DNA of 64,000 nt from Halodesulfurarchaeum sp. (GCA_042216015.1 JBDGUI010000007.1:33652-97651), one strand, 5' to 3'. Counted from the first letter of the stretch, positions 38,673 to 48,760 are shown. The notes: generated from the sequence alone by a model not told the origin. A program made the numbers and translations.

Positions 38673-39143
38673 TCAGCAGGTCGCGAGTCGCTTTCGCAGG
38701 TTCTCCCAGTGACTGCCCTTCCAGTAGAACTGTCCGCACCGTTGGCACGTCCAGACGGGTTCCGTCGCTGGATCCGGACCCTGCTCCGGCCCATCCACCG
38801 CTCCAGATTCCACCGCTACCCGTTCCAGTTCGCCGTTGCATCGGGAACACCGCCTCGGCTCCGTCAATTCGAGAACAAAGCCGGCCTCGGCCAGTTCGCG
38901 AAGCTGTTCGAGTGGCTCGGTTTCGGTGAGCAGCAGGCTCGCGTCGGCCGCCGAGGCCACTTCCCGGTCCCTGGTGAGTAGCAGTCGATCCTCCCGCTCG
39001 GCAAGCTCGAGGATCGCCTCGTCGCGCTCGATCCCCCGATCGAGCGCGTAGGCCGTATCATACCCGACCATCCGGAGGGTCGAGACGAGGCCGCCGAGCA
39101 TGACGTCGAGACAGAGTCGGGTATCAGCGGGCTCAGTGGTCAT
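38673..39143 (-). CDS. Mut7-C RNase (PIN fold) domain protein
   Basis: LDVMLGGL..LRMVGYD, LLTRD, RCSRCNG, CQRCGQFYWKGSH. Confidence 0.88.
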   Translation of the reverse strand: MTTEPADTRLCLDVMLGGLVSTLRMVGYDTAYALDRGIERDEAILELAEREDRLLLTRDREVASAADASLLLTETEPLEQLRELAEAGFVLELTEPRRCSRCNGELERVAVESGAVDGPEQGPDPATEPVWTCQRCGQFYWKGSHWENLRKRLATC

Positions 39144-40899
39144 TCTCGGCGGTCGAGAGGAAGTCTTGAAGCCCCGTCACGTCCCGGGTGTTCACCACGT
39201 CGGCCGCACTGGCCCAGCCGCGCCGCGCGGTGTGAACGCCGTAGCGCTGATGGGCGAAATCCGCGGGCGCGTGGGCGTCCGTGTTGATGGCGATGGCGGC
39301 CCCCGCATCGATCGCGGTTTTGACGGCCGATCCCCAGAGATCGAGCCGATTGGGGTTGGCGTTGATCTCCAGTGCGACCCCGTTTTCCGCCGCGGCCCGA
39401 CCGATGGCCTCGGGGTCGAACTCCATCCCGGGCCGCTGGTTCAGCAGGCGGCCACTCGGATGGCCGAGCACGTTCACGTCCGGGTGTTCGATGGCAGAGA
39501 CCAGGCGGTCGGTCCGATCCTCGCCGTCACCGAGGTCGGCATGCGGCGAGGCGATCACCACGTCCAGATCGGCGAGGAGTTCGGGATCGGTGTCCCGAAT
39601 CGATCCATCCGCGGCGATGTTGGCCTCGATGCCGGACAGCACCGTGATCGGCGCGTCCGCGTCGATCGTTTCGATCGCCTCGATCTGTTCCCTGATCTCG
39701 TCGTCCGAGAGGCCACTGTCGCCGAAGACCCCCGGCCCCTCGGCGTGGTCGGAGATGACCACGTAGTCGTGGTCGTACTCGTTGGCCCCCTCGACCATCT
39801 CCTCGATCGAGTACTCGCCGTCCGACCAGGTCGTGTGTGCGTGAAGGTCTCCCCTGAGGTCACCCTCCTCGAGCAGATCGGGCAACTCATCGTCGGCCGC
39901 CGCGTCGATTTCCCCGCGGTTCTCCCGGAGTTCGGGTGGGATCCACGGCAGTTCCAAAGCGTCGTAGACCTCATCCTCGGTCTCCCCGGCGATTCGATCG
40001 CCGGCCCGCGTGTCCGGATCGGCCCGTTCGGCGTCGGTGACCTCGAAGACGCCGTATTCGTTGACCTTCATCCCCTCGTCGATCGCCCGGTTTCGGAGCG
40101 CGATGTTGTGATCCTTGCTCCCCGTGAAATACACGAGCGCGCTGCCGAACTCTCCGGCATCGACGAGCCGGAGGTCGACCTGCATCCCCCCCATCCGGAG
40201 GGTCGTCTTCGTCTCCCCCGACTCCATCACCGAGTCGACCCGGTTCCAGTCCGTCACGGTCTCGGTCACGGCCTCCGGGTCGGCGGTTCCGACGAGCACG
40301 TCGACGTCGCCGATCGTCGGGCGCCACCGACGGAGCGAGCCGGCCAACGCGATCGACTCGACCTCCGGCTTCTCGGACAGGAACTCCCGGATCTCCTCGC
40401 CGATGGGCCTGGCCTGCCCGAGCAACGACCGTTTCCCCGCCTCTCTGGCGAAGTCGATGTTGTCGAGGATGTTTTGCTCGGTCTTTTTACCAAACCCGGT
40501 GATATCCCGGATTTCACCGGCCTCGGCCGCGGCTTCCAGATCGTCCAGGGTCCGAATGTCACGTGCCTCAAAGAGTGACTTCACCGTCTTCGGGCCGATC
40601 CCCTCGACTCTCGTGAGCGCGGCCATGTCCACCGGCAACGCCGCTCGCTGGGATTCGAGCTCCTCGATCGATCCGGTCTCGACGTACTCGACGATCTTCT
40701 CCCCGATCGCCTCTCCCACGCCCTCGATCTCCCGGACGGCCCCGGGGCCCTCCTCGACGAGCTCGCTCACCGAGTCGGCGCTCGCCCTGAGGTTGTCGGC
40801 CGCGGTTCGGTAGGCGCGGGGTTTGTACTCGACGTCCTGTGCCTCGAGGAGGTCGGCGAGTTCCTCCAGTCGGTCTGCGACCTCGTCGTTTCTCGTCAT
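39133..40899 (-). CDS. polX: DNA polymerase X / PHP 3'-5' exonuclease
   Basis: HhH motifs, GSLRR, GDVD, VDLR, YFTGSKDHN, PHP HAHTTWSDG; ATG at 40899. Confidence 0.95.
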   Translation of the reverse strand: MTRNDEVADRLEELADLLEAQDVEYKPRAYRTAADNLRASADSVSELVEEGPGAVREIEGVGEAIGEKIVEYVETGSIEELESQRAALPVDMAALTRVEGIGPKTVKSLFEARDIRTLDDLEAAAEAGEIRDITGFGKKTEQNILDNIDFAREAGKRSLLGQARPIGEEIREFLSEKPEVESIALAGSLRRWRPTIGDVDVLVGTADPEAVTETVTDWNRVDSVMESGETKTTLRMGGMQVDLRLVDAGEFGSALVYFTGSKDHNIALRNRAIDEGMKVNEYGVFEVTDAERADPDTRAGDRIAGETEDEVYDALELPWIPPELRENRGEIDAAADDELPDLLEEGDLRGDLHAHTTWSDGEYSIEEMVEGANEYDHDYVVISDHAEGPGVFGDSGLSDDEIREQIEAIETIDADAPITVLSGIEANIAADGSIRDTDPELLADLDVVIASPHADLGDGEDRTDRLVSAIEHPDVNVLGHPSGRLLNQRPGMEFDPEAIGRAAAENGVALEINANPNRLDLWGSAVKTAIDAGAAIAINTDAHAPADFAHQRYGVHTARRGWASAADVVNTRDVTGLQDFLSTAENDH

Positions 40900-41330
40900 G
40901 GCCGCTCTTTCTTCTGTGGGCTCGAATCGTTCCCGGTCACGGATTTCACGAAGGACAGCCACCGCTTCCGATCCGCCTGCTGCTGTCGTTCCGACTCGGC
41001 CTCGATGTCGGTCTCGCCATCGGATTCGAGGATCGTGAGCGCCCGGTCGATGCCGAGGATCGAATCGGCCAGTTCCTCGGCTCTCTCGACGGGCATCTCC
41101 CCCCTCGCGATCTCGTCCCGTCGCCGCGTTCGCTCCGCTCGCAGTCCCCGAATCACCTCCCGAATCCGTTCGTCGGACGGGCCACTGCCCGCATCCCCCG
41201 ACTCGTGGACGAAGGCTGCGAGGTCGACCGTCTCGTTACCGATCGAGAGTCGATCTGGAATCGACGCCCCGACCGTCGCTCCATCCCGGCCGATGCGTTC
41301 GAGCAGCCGGTCGCGCTCGAAGGGTTTCAC
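40896..41330 (-). CDS. Conserved protein (DUF5788-like)
   Basis: KPFERDRLLERIGRDGATVG...ILGIDRAL...DRKRW; GTG start inferred; stop overlaps the polX ATG. Confidence 0.78.
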   Translation of the reverse strand: MKPFERDRLLERIGRDGATVGASIPDRLSIGNETVDLAAFVHESGDAGSGPSDERIREVIRGLRAERTRRRDEIARGEMPVERAEELADSILGIDRALTILESDGETDIEAESERQQQADRKRWLSFVKSVTGNDSSPQKKERP

Positions 41331-41408
41331 GAACGGAAATACGGCGTCCAGTCCCAAAAACCCACCCGGGTCGGGAGTTTTATCCTTCGGACTCTCATAC
41401 CCCGTGGC

Positions 41409-42329
41409 ATGGCGCGATGTGACTACTGTGGGGCCGAAGAGAGCATGCCGTACCAGTGCCGGGGCTGTGGCGGCACGTTCTGTTCGAAACATCGCCTGCC
41501 CGAGAACCACGACTGCCCGGGTCTGGACCAGTGGGGCGACCCGGCCGGGGTCTTCGACTCGGGCTTCGACACTGGCGTCTCCGGGGATACAGGCCGCACC
41601 CGGTCGCGAAGTCGTAGTCTCCTCTCGAAGCTCGGCATTTCAATGGAACCTGGGGGAATCAGTGGGTACTTCCGCCGGAACATGTCCTACGTCTTTCTGG
41701 CGATCATCTGGCTCGTGTATCCGGTCGAACTTCTCGTTCTGACCTTCAGCGGCACCGAACTATTCACCTCGATTTTCACGCTCAACATGGGGAACATCCT
41801 CTACGTCTACCCCTGGTTCACTTCGATCTTCTCTCATTCCCCCTATGGATTCATGCACGTGCTTTTCAACAGCATCGTGCTTTACTTCTTCGGCCCGCTC
41901 GTCGAGCGAAAGGTCGGCTCGAAGACGTTTGCGATTCTCTTCGTCACAAGCGGCGTGGTCGCTGGGCTCGCACAGGTGCTCGTTTCGGCGGCAATGGGTG
42001 GCGCCGCTCCGATTCTCGGGGCAAGTGGCGCCATCATGGCGCTCATGGGTGTGCTCACGGTCCTGAACCCGAATCTCCGGATTTACATCTACTTCATCAT
42101 CCCGATGCCGCTCTGGATGGCGACGTCGCTCTTTGCGGCCTACTCGGTCTTCATGAGTTCGCTTGGCGGCGTCGGGGCTGGTGGGGTGGCCCAGCTCGCT
42201 CACCTTGCCGGGCTGGGAATCGGCCTGCTCTATGGGTTCTACCTCAAGCAGCGGGGAACGCGGGCCCCAAGCCAGCTCCAGATTGGCGGGAGCGGCCCCC
42301 CGGGCGGTGGCCGTCGACGCAGGCGCTGA
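41409..42329 (+). CDS. Rhomboid protease with N-terminal AN1-type Zn finger
   Basis: CDYCG...CRGCGGTFCSKHRLPENHDC; HVLFN, GASG (Ser), AHLAG (His). Confidence 0.93.
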   Translation: MARCDYCGAEESMPYQCRGCGGTFCSKHRLPENHDCPGLDQWGDPAGVFDSGFDTGVSGDTGRTRSRSRSLLSKLGISMEPGGISGYFRRNMSYVFLAIIWLVYPVELLVLTFSGTELFTSIFTLNMGNILYVYPWFTSIFSHSPYGFMHVLFNSIVLYFFGPLVERKVGSKTFAILFVTSGVVAGLAQVLVSAAMGGAAPILGASGAIMALMGVLTVLNPNLRIYIYFIIPMPLWMATSLFAAYSVFMSSLGGVGAGGVAQLAHLAGLGIGLLYGFYLKQRGTRAPSQLQIGGSGPPGGGRRRRR

Positions 42330-42330
42330 G

Positions 42331-43185
42331 ATGAAACCCGTCAACCCGGAATTCCGGCCGGATCCGAACGTCCCACGCGACGAGATGGTGGCCCAGCAGC
42401 GTGACATCGCCGCAGCGGCCGTCTTTTCGGACGACGGCCCTCCGCGTCCGGAGGCGATCGAACTGACGGATCCACTCGACCTCGAGGGGCAGGACACCCT
42501 GCCCGATTCTTTCGATCGGGAGCGCCAGACCGAATCGACTGACTCCCTCGGCCGCGGGGGACGATCGGCCCGATCGACGGCCGCGCCGATCGTCGCCGGC
42601 ATCGACCAGGCCTTCGAGGACGAAACCGCCGTGAGTGCCGTCGTCGCCATTCAGGGCGGCCGGGTCGTGGAGTCGGTCTGTGCCAGGACGCCGCTTTCGA
42701 TCCCGTACATTCCCGGCCTCCTCGCGTTTCGCGAGGGCGAACCGATCGTCGAGGCACTCGCCGCACTCGACGTCGAACCCGACCTTCTCGTCTTCGACGG
42801 CAGCGGGCGGATCCACTACCGAGAGGCGGGAATCGCCACCCACGTGGGGGTCCTCTACGACGTTCCCGCCCTCGGTGTCACGAAGAACCTGCTCTGTGGC
42901 AGGCCGGAACGGTCCCTCGACGACCCGCTCGCGGCGGGGACCCGGATCGCCATCCGGGCGAACGACGAGGTCGAGACCGAGCCGGGAACCCTGCTCGGAT
43001 ACGCGGTCCAGACCAGGCAGTTCCCGAATCCCCAGCGGAGCCACGTCAATCCGGTGTACGCGAGTCCCGGCCACCGGGTCGCGCCGGAGACCGCAGTCGA
43101 CCTGGTTGAGGCACTCGGTGGGGGGTACAAGCTTCCGGAACCGATTCGACTCGCGGATCGGGCGGCCGAGGAGTGCAAGCGTTAA
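42331..43185 (+). CDS. nfi: Endonuclease V
   Basis: AGID, PYIPGLLAFRE, FDGSGRIH, GIATH, YKLPEP; starts 1 nt after the rhomboid stop. Confidence 0.92.
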   Translation: MKPVNPEFRPDPNVPRDEMVAQQRDIAAAAVFSDDGPPRPEAIELTDPLDLEGQDTLPDSFDRERQTESTDSLGRGGRSARSTAAPIVAGIDQAFEDETAVSAVVAIQGGRVVESVCARTPLSIPYIPGLLAFREGEPIVEALAALDVEPDLLVFDGSGRIHYREAGIATHVGVLYDVPALGVTKNLLCGRPERSLDDPLAAGTRIAIRANDEVETEPGTLLGYAVQTRQFPNPQRSHVNPVYASPGHRVAPETAVDLVEALGGGYKLPEPIRLADRAAEECKR

Positions 43186-43209
43186 CTGCCGACCGGGCGA
43201 TGGGACCAT

Positions 43210-44028
43210 ATGGAACGGACCGCACTCATCACCGGCTGCTCGTCGGGAATCGGGCGGGCGACGGCCGAGGCCTTTCTCGAGGAGGGATGGACGGTGGTTG
43301 CGACCGCTCGAGAGACGTCCGACATCGTGGATCTCGAGGCCCAGGGGGCGATCACCCGCCGGCTCGACGTGACGAAGCCCGCCCAGTGCCGGACCGTCGT
43401 GGAGAACGCGATCGAGGAGACCGGTCGACTCGACTGTCTGGTGAATAACGCGGGGTTCGCGCAGTTCGGCCCGGTCGAGGACGTGCCGACTCGACTGGTC
43501 GAGGCACAGTTCGACGTGAACCTCCTCGGCCCGCATCGGCTGATCAGGGCTGCACTGCCCCACATGCGCGAGGCCGAGTCCGGCACGATCGTCAACGTCT
43601 CGAGCGTCTCCGGGCGGTTGTCGGCGCCCGGGATGGGCGTCTATTCGAGCTCGAAGGCGGCCCTCGAGTCGCTTTCGGACGCACTCAGGGTCGAGGCCGG
43701 GGCGTTCGACGTGGACGTCGCCCTCGTCGAGCCCGGCCCGGTCGAGACCCAGTTCGACGAGCGGGCGCAGTCCTCGCTCGACGAACTCGATCGGCGCGAC
43801 GCGTACGCCGACATCTATGCCACCCTCGAGGACTGGGACGTCCTCGGGAGCATGGGTTCGGTCCCGCCGGAGAGGGTCGCTTCGGTGATCCTCGAGGCAG
43901 GCGTCTCCACGGACCCACAGGCGAGGTACACGGTCGGCCCGGGGTCCCGGTACCTGTCGCTGGCCCGGTTCCTCCCGGACGGGCTCAGGGACGCGATCTT
44001 CTCGCTCGTCCGGAGGGTCGCCGGATGA
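43210..44028 (+). CDS. Short-chain dehydrogenase/reductase
   Basis: TGCSSGIG, NNAG, YSSSK. Confidence 0.93.
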   Translation: MERTALITGCSSGIGRATAEAFLEEGWTVVATARETSDIVDLEAQGAITRRLDVTKPAQCRTVVENAIEETGRLDCLVNNAGFAQFGPVEDVPTRLVEAQFDVNLLGPHRLIRAALPHMREAESGTIVNVSSVSGRLSAPGMGVYSSSKAALESLSDALRVEAGAFDVDVALVEPGPVETQFDERAQSSLDELDRRDAYADIYATLEDWDVLGSMGSVPPERVASVILEAGVSTDPQARYTVGPGSRYLSLARFLPDGLRDAIFSLVRRVAG

Positions 44029-45353
44029 CGGCCGTCGAGAACCGTTCGGCACTGGTCCGCTCACCGGCCCACGCGACTGTTCTCGACGCCCTGCTCGCCG
44101 GCATCGAGGCGAGCGATCCAGCCCGGGTCATCGAGGCGACAGTGACCGTCGACGGGTCGGAGTTGACGGTGGAGGGCTCGACCTGGGATCTCGCTGCGTA
44201 CGAGGAGGTCATCGTTCTGGGTGGGGGGAACGCCGCCTCGCAGGTCGCCCGTGCGCTGGAGGACACGCTGGGGGACCGCCTCGATGGTGGCGTCGTGGTC
44301 ACGGACGACCCCGTGGAGACCGAACGCGTGCAGGTTCTGCCCGGCGATCACCCGGTGCCGAACGAGCGAGGGGTGGAATCCACCCGCCAGTTGCTCGAAC
44401 GGGCCCGTGAGGCGGATGCCGACACGCTCGTCCTGGGTGTGATCACCGGCGGCGGCAGTGCCCTCATGGCGGCCCCGGCACCCGGAATCGACCTGGCCGA
44501 GTTGGTCGAGACGACCGACCAGCTCCTCAAAAGCGGCGCTCCGATCCAGGACATCAACGCGGTCCGAAAGCACCTCTCCGCCCTGAAGGGCGGCCAGCTC
44601 GCCGCGCTCGCCGCCCCCGCGACGACCGTCTCACTCGTTCTCAGCGACGTCGTGGGCAATCACCTCGACGTGATCGCGAGCGGGCCCCTCGTCCCCGATC
44701 CGACCACCTTCGAGGACGCCCGCGCGGTGATCGATCGCTTCGACCTCCTGGTTCCGGACTCGGTCGAGAAACGGATCGATGCGGGCGTCGCCGGCGACCT
44801 CGAGGAGACGCCGAAGCCGGGCGATCCGGTCTTCGAACGGGTGAGTACCCACGTCATCGCGGACGGGATGACGGCCCTCGAGGCCGCGGCGACCGTGCTC
44901 GAAGCGGACGGCTATGACCCTCTCGTACTCACCTCCAGGGTGGAGGGCGAGGCCAGCGAGTCGGCGAAGACCCACGCGGCGATCGCCAACGAGATTCGGG
45001 CGACGGGGACTCCGATTGACCCACCGGCTGCCATTCTCTCTGGGGGCGAGACGACGGTGACCGTCGATGGGGGCGGCTCCGGCGGCCCGAACCAGGAGTT
45101 CGCACTCTCGGCCGGGCTCTCCCTCGAGGGCTCGACGGTCGTGGGGGCCGTGGACAGCGACGGCATCGACGGGGCGAGCGACGCGGCGGGCGCCCTCCTC
45201 GACGGATCGGCCATCGACCGACCCGCCGCCCAGGCGGCCCTCGACGTGAACGATTCCGGCGCCTACCTGACCGAGCGGAATCGGGTGATCGTGACGGGTC
45301 AGACGGGGACGAACGTGAACGACGTTCGGGTGCTGCTCGTCAGGGCCGACTGA
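44025..45353 (+). CDS. Glycerate kinase type 2 (MOFRL family)
   Basis: TGGGSAL, RKHLSALKGG, SDVVG, GGETTV, TGTNVND. Confidence 0.9.
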   Translation: MTAVENRSALVRSPAHATVLDALLAGIEASDPARVIEATVTVDGSELTVEGSTWDLAAYEEVIVLGGGNAASQVARALEDTLGDRLDGGVVVTDDPVETERVQVLPGDHPVPNERGVESTRQLLERAREADADTLVLGVITGGGSALMAAPAPGIDLAELVETTDQLLKSGAPIQDINAVRKHLSALKGGQLAALAAPATTVSLVLSDVVGNHLDVIASGPLVPDPTTFEDARAVIDRFDLLVPDSVEKRIDAGVAGDLEETPKPGDPVFERVSTHVIADGMTALEAAATVLEADGYDPLVLTSRVEGEASESAKTHAAIANEIRATGTPIDPPAAILSGGETTVTVDGGGSGGPNQEFALSAGLSLEGSTVVGAVDSDGIDGASDAAGALLDGSAIDRPAAQAALDVNDSGAYLTERNRVIVTGQTGTNVNDVRVLLVRAD

Positions 45354-45415
45354 TCGTCGGGTGCTGGTTCAGGTCGACAGATCATCGGGTGCTGCTCGTC
45401 GAGGCGGACCGATCA
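45326..45415. repeat. Three degenerate ~30-bp copies of the glycerate kinase 3' end
   Basis: TCGGGTGCTG...GATC units start at 45326, 45357 and 45385. Confidence 0.7.
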
Positions 45416-45437
45416 CTCATCACGAACCCGACAGAAA

Positions 45438-46463
45438 TCACTCCAGACAGGCCCCAACGAGCCCGAGCATCTCGGTTCCGGTCACCTCCTCCGCGAAGAG
45501 CGGAACCCGCTTCACGTCGTAGTCCATGAACAGCGACTGGGCGCGTTCGAGGGCGGTTTGCTGGACCTCCCAGCGCCGGGCGCAGAACGGACAGTCGCCG
45601 AGATGTGGGGCGACGTACTCGCCCGCCTCGATCTCGGGAACGATGTTCTCCACGGGCTCCATCACCCGATTGACGACGACGGTCGAGACCGGAATGCCGA
45701 ACTCGGCGAGGCGCTCGTCGAGGCGCTTTGCCTCCACGACGGCCATCTCCTCGGGGACGGTGACGATCCGGAAGTCCGTCCGGGTCGGGTCCGTGAGGAG
45801 GCCACGGAGTCGCTCGATCCGCGCGGCCTGCTCCTCGAGCTTCGGATCCGACGCTGCGTCGGGGCTCTCCGCACCGAAGAGCCCGGCGAATTGCGAACCG
45901 AGATCGGCGAGTCGCTCCCGAAACGCGGCGACCCGACCGACCATCGTCTCCATCAGTTCGGGCAGTTCGAGGAGTCGAAGCGTGTGACCGGTCGGGGCGG
46001 TGTCCACGACGATCCGATCGAATCGGTCGTCGTCGAGGTACTCGAGAAGGAGTTGCATTGCGGCGGCTTCGTCGGCCCCGGGGAACTGCCCACCCATGAG
46101 CGGGTCGATACCGGCGTCCCCGAGCAGATTTTCGAGCCCGCCCAGGGCCTGGTCGCCGCCAAAGAGGTCCACCTCACTGAGGGCGGCGTCCGGATCGATC
46201 TCGACGGCGTAAAGCGGCGCGTCGTCTCTGATTCGGGTCGGCGACCCGGAAATCGTGGTTCCGAAGGTGTCTCCCAGCGAGTGGGCGGGGTCCGTCGAGA
46301 CGACGAGCGTCTCGGTCCCATCGAGCGCGCTCGCGAGGGCCGTCGCGGCGGCCATCGTCGTCTTGCCGACGCCCCCCTTGCCGCCGTAGAGCACGTATTC
46401 GGCGGTCCCCTCGCTGGCACCGGGTTCGATCGAGTCGACGGCTTCCACCTCGATGTCGTCCAT
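45438..46463 (-). CDS. ArsA/Get3 (TRC40) family ATPase
   Basis: GGKGGVGKTT, STDPAHSL, DTAPTGHTLRLL, CPFC; ATG at 46463. Confidence 0.92.
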   Translation of the reverse strand: MDDIEVEAVDSIEPGASEGTAEYVLYGGKGGVGKTTMAAATALASALDGTETLVVSTDPAHSLGDTFGTTISGSPTRIRDDAPLYAVEIDPDAALSEVDLFGGDQALGGLENLLGDAGIDPLMGGQFPGADEAAAMQLLLEYLDDDRFDRIVVDTAPTGHTLRLLELPELMETMVGRVAAFRERLADLGSQFAGLFGAESPDAASDPKLEEQAARIERLRGLLTDPTRTDFRIVTVPEEMAVVEAKRLDERLAEFGIPVSTVVVNRVMEPVENIVPEIEAGEYVAPHLGDCPFCARRWEVQQTALERAQSLFMDYDVKRVPLFAEEVTGTEMLGLVGACLE

Positions 46464-46558
46464 GGTCGTGCTTCGCACGGACGGCCGTGTATCCGTCGGT
46501 TCGCTGCTGGCGGGGTGTTGGCCCATACCTTCTTGTACGATCCCCGAGGAAGGTCGGC

Positions 46559-47071
46559 ATGGACGGATCCGGAGCGGATCCCGTCGAGGAACGAATCGGG
46601 GTGCTGCTCGATGAGGCCGGTGACACGCTCGCGACCGTCGAATCCTGTACCGGCGGGCTCGTGGGATCGCTCGTGACCGACGTGCCGGGCTCGAGTGCCT
46701 ACTACGACCGTGGCTATGTCACCTACTCGAATCGGGCGAAACTCGACCTCGGCGTCTCCCGGGAGGCCATCGACGAGCATGGCGCGGTGAGCGAACTGGT
46801 GGCCCGCGACATGGCACGGGCCGCACGGGACGCCGCCGGCACGACCTGGGCGGTCTCGACCACGGGCATCGCCGGCCCGAGCGGTGGAACTCCGGAGAAA
46901 CCGGTCGGGACCGTCTTCGTCGGCGTTGCACGCGCCGGCGAGTGGGGCAGTGGCGACACTGACTCGTGGGTCACGCGACGGAACTACGAGGGCACCCGGA
47001 CCGAGATCAAACACCGCATCGCCCGCGGCGCGCTCCAGCACCTGCTCGAGGTGATCGAGGACCGAAACTGA
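46559..47071 (+). CDS. CinA C-terminal / PncC family protein
   Basis: ESCTGG, PGSS, TYSN, GAVS, TGIAGPSGG, KPVGTV. Confidence 0.9.
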   Translation: MDGSGADPVEERIGVLLDEAGDTLATVESCTGGLVGSLVTDVPGSSAYYDRGYVTYSNRAKLDLGVSREAIDEHGAVSELVARDMARAARDAAGTTWAVSTTGIAGPSGGTPEKPVGTVFVGVARAGEWGSGDTDSWVTRRNYEGTRTEIKHRIARGALQHLLEVIEDRN

Positions 47072-47107
47072 GTTTGCCACCCCGCCTCGAGAACCGGTAC
47101 GGTCGGT

Positions 47108-47860
47108 TCAGTACACGGAAACGTCCTCGAAGCGCCCACCGTAGGCGATGTGGTCCGGATGTGTCGGCTCCGTTCCGGAGAGGAAGAGTCGGTCGAACTT
47201 CTTCCAGGTGTTCTCCCAGCCGAGGTGGGCGAACTCGGCCGCGCGTCGCAGATCGTGTTCGCGGCCGTTCCGGTGCTCGACCCGTCGGCTTGCACCCGAG
47301 CGAAGCGCCTCGAGGAGATCAGCTTCCCCCTCGATTTCGGTCTCGAACGAGGTCCAGACCTCCCCGACTGTGGACGTCCGATGTGCGTAGGAGGAACCGA
47401 ACGGTCCGGTGTCGATAGCGTCGGCAAGTTCGAGGGCCCGTCGATTGTGCCTCGGGAGATGTTTCGGATTGTAGACCTCGAGGCCGTCGATCTGCGAATC
47501 GTACTGCGTGAGGTCCTCGCTGGTTAGACTCACCGTCAGGAACTCGGGGTGTGGGGCCAGGACCGTCGCGTCCTGTCGGTCGAGTTCCGCCATGGCCCCC
47601 TCGAGGGTGATGAAATCCGGGACCGGCTTCTCGAGGCCCAGTGCGAGGACGTGCTTCCGGTTTTTCCAGTCCCCAGTAAAGATCTCGCGGGCCGGGACGA
47701 CGACCAGCTCGTCGTCGCTGAACCGCTCGGCTCGTTCCTGCACCGTCGGCAGTCTGGTGAAATGTGGTGCATAGACCAGCACGTCGATGCCCCGGGCCTT
47801 CGCCCGTTCGACGACCTGATCGTCGAGGATCTTGACGTGCGGGTCGACGCGTTCTGGCAC
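47108..47860 (-). CDS. PHP-family metal-dependent phosphoesterase
   Basis: DPHVK, YAPHF, PHP, EVYNP, SSYAH; start uncertain (GTG at 47860 or 47902). Confidence 0.8.
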   Translation of the reverse strand: MPERVDPHVKILDDQVVERAKARGIDVLVYAPHFTRLPTVQERAERFSDDELVVVPAREIFTGDWKNRKHVLALGLEKPVPDFITLEGAMAELDRQDATVLAPHPEFLTVSLTSEDLTQYDSQIDGLEVYNPKHLPRHNRRALELADAIDTGPFGSSYAHRTSTVGEVWTSFETEIEGEADLLEALRSGASRRVEHRNGREHDLRRAAEFAHLGWENTWKKFDRLFLSGTEPTHPDHIAYGGRFEDVSVY

Positions 47861-48023
47861 ACGCGAGTTTGTACGTACCCCCCCTTGGGACTTGTGAATC
47901 ACCGCTGAGACATCGAAGCGAGGGAGGAGGGCCCTCTATCTCCGTCGAACCCACGCGGGGGGTTGCCGTCGACCCGCTCCACGCGTGGGAAATCGTTATG
48001 GGCGCGCCACGCGAGTTCGAGGT

Positions 48024-48311
48024 ATGTCCCGCTGGGTCTGTGCGATCGAGGGGTGTCTCTCGCCCTTCGAGAACGTCGAGTCCCTCCTCACCCACCAGAG
48101 AGACGACCACGACGGTCACACGTGCCGTGTCTGTGGTGAGACGATCTCGGCCGGCTTTTTCGCCATCAAACACGCCTTCGAGGAGCACACCCGGGCCGAA
48201 TACGTTCGGCACTACGACGCGGATTCCGACGAGATTCGCTGGCGAGAGCAGATTCTCGAGCGCGTCGAGGACACCCGTGAAGAGGAGTCACGGGAGTGGA
48301 CCTCGGACTGA
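48024..48311 (+). CDS. Small C2H2-type zinc-finger protein
   Basis: CAIEGC...HQRDDH and CRVCG...HAFEEH; ATG at 48024. Confidence 0.8.
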   Translation: MSRWVCAIEGCLSPFENVESLLTHQRDDHDGHTCRVCGETISAGFFAIKHAFEEHTRAEYVRHYDADSDEIRWREQILERVEDTREEESREWTSD

Positions 48312-48322
48312 CGTGTCTATCG

Positions 48323-48760
48323 CTATCGCTCGTCGCTGTCCAGAACCCGGATCTGGTCGCCCCGGACGGTCACCGGGATCGGAACGGTCGCCTCGTAGAG
48401 TTCGACGGTGACCTGGTCCTTGCCCTCGTCGATGCGCTGGACCTGGGCCTTTTCTCCCTTGAACGGACCCGCGATCAACTCGACGATATCGCCCTCCGCA
48501 ATCCCCTCCACGTCGGGTTTGGGCGAGAGGAAGTGTTCGACCTCGGCGATCCCACTCTCGCCGGGGACGATGCTGCGTGCGTGGGGGATGTCCTCGAGGA
48601 CCCGTTCGAGAACTCCCGTGTCCTCGGCCTCGACCATGACGTAGCTGGTGAGCGATTCCGGGGCGAGCACGGCGTGCACCTTCTCCTCCTCGCGGTTCGC
48701 GATCATGCTCGCGACGGTCTGTTCCTGGCTGGCCGTGGTTTTGACGGCGAATATCGACAT
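48323..48760 (-). CDS. spt5: Transcription elongation factor Spt5
   Basis: NGN domain (AVKTTASQE) and KOW ([13 protein letters not shown]). Confidence 0.96.
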   Translation of the reverse strand: MSIFAVKTTASQEQTVASMIANREEEKVHAVLAPESLTSYVMVEAEDTGVLERVLEDIPHARSIVPGESGIAEVEHFLSPKPDVEGIAEGDIVELIAGPFKGEKAQVQRIDEGKDQVTVELYEATVPIPVTVRGDQIRVLDSDER

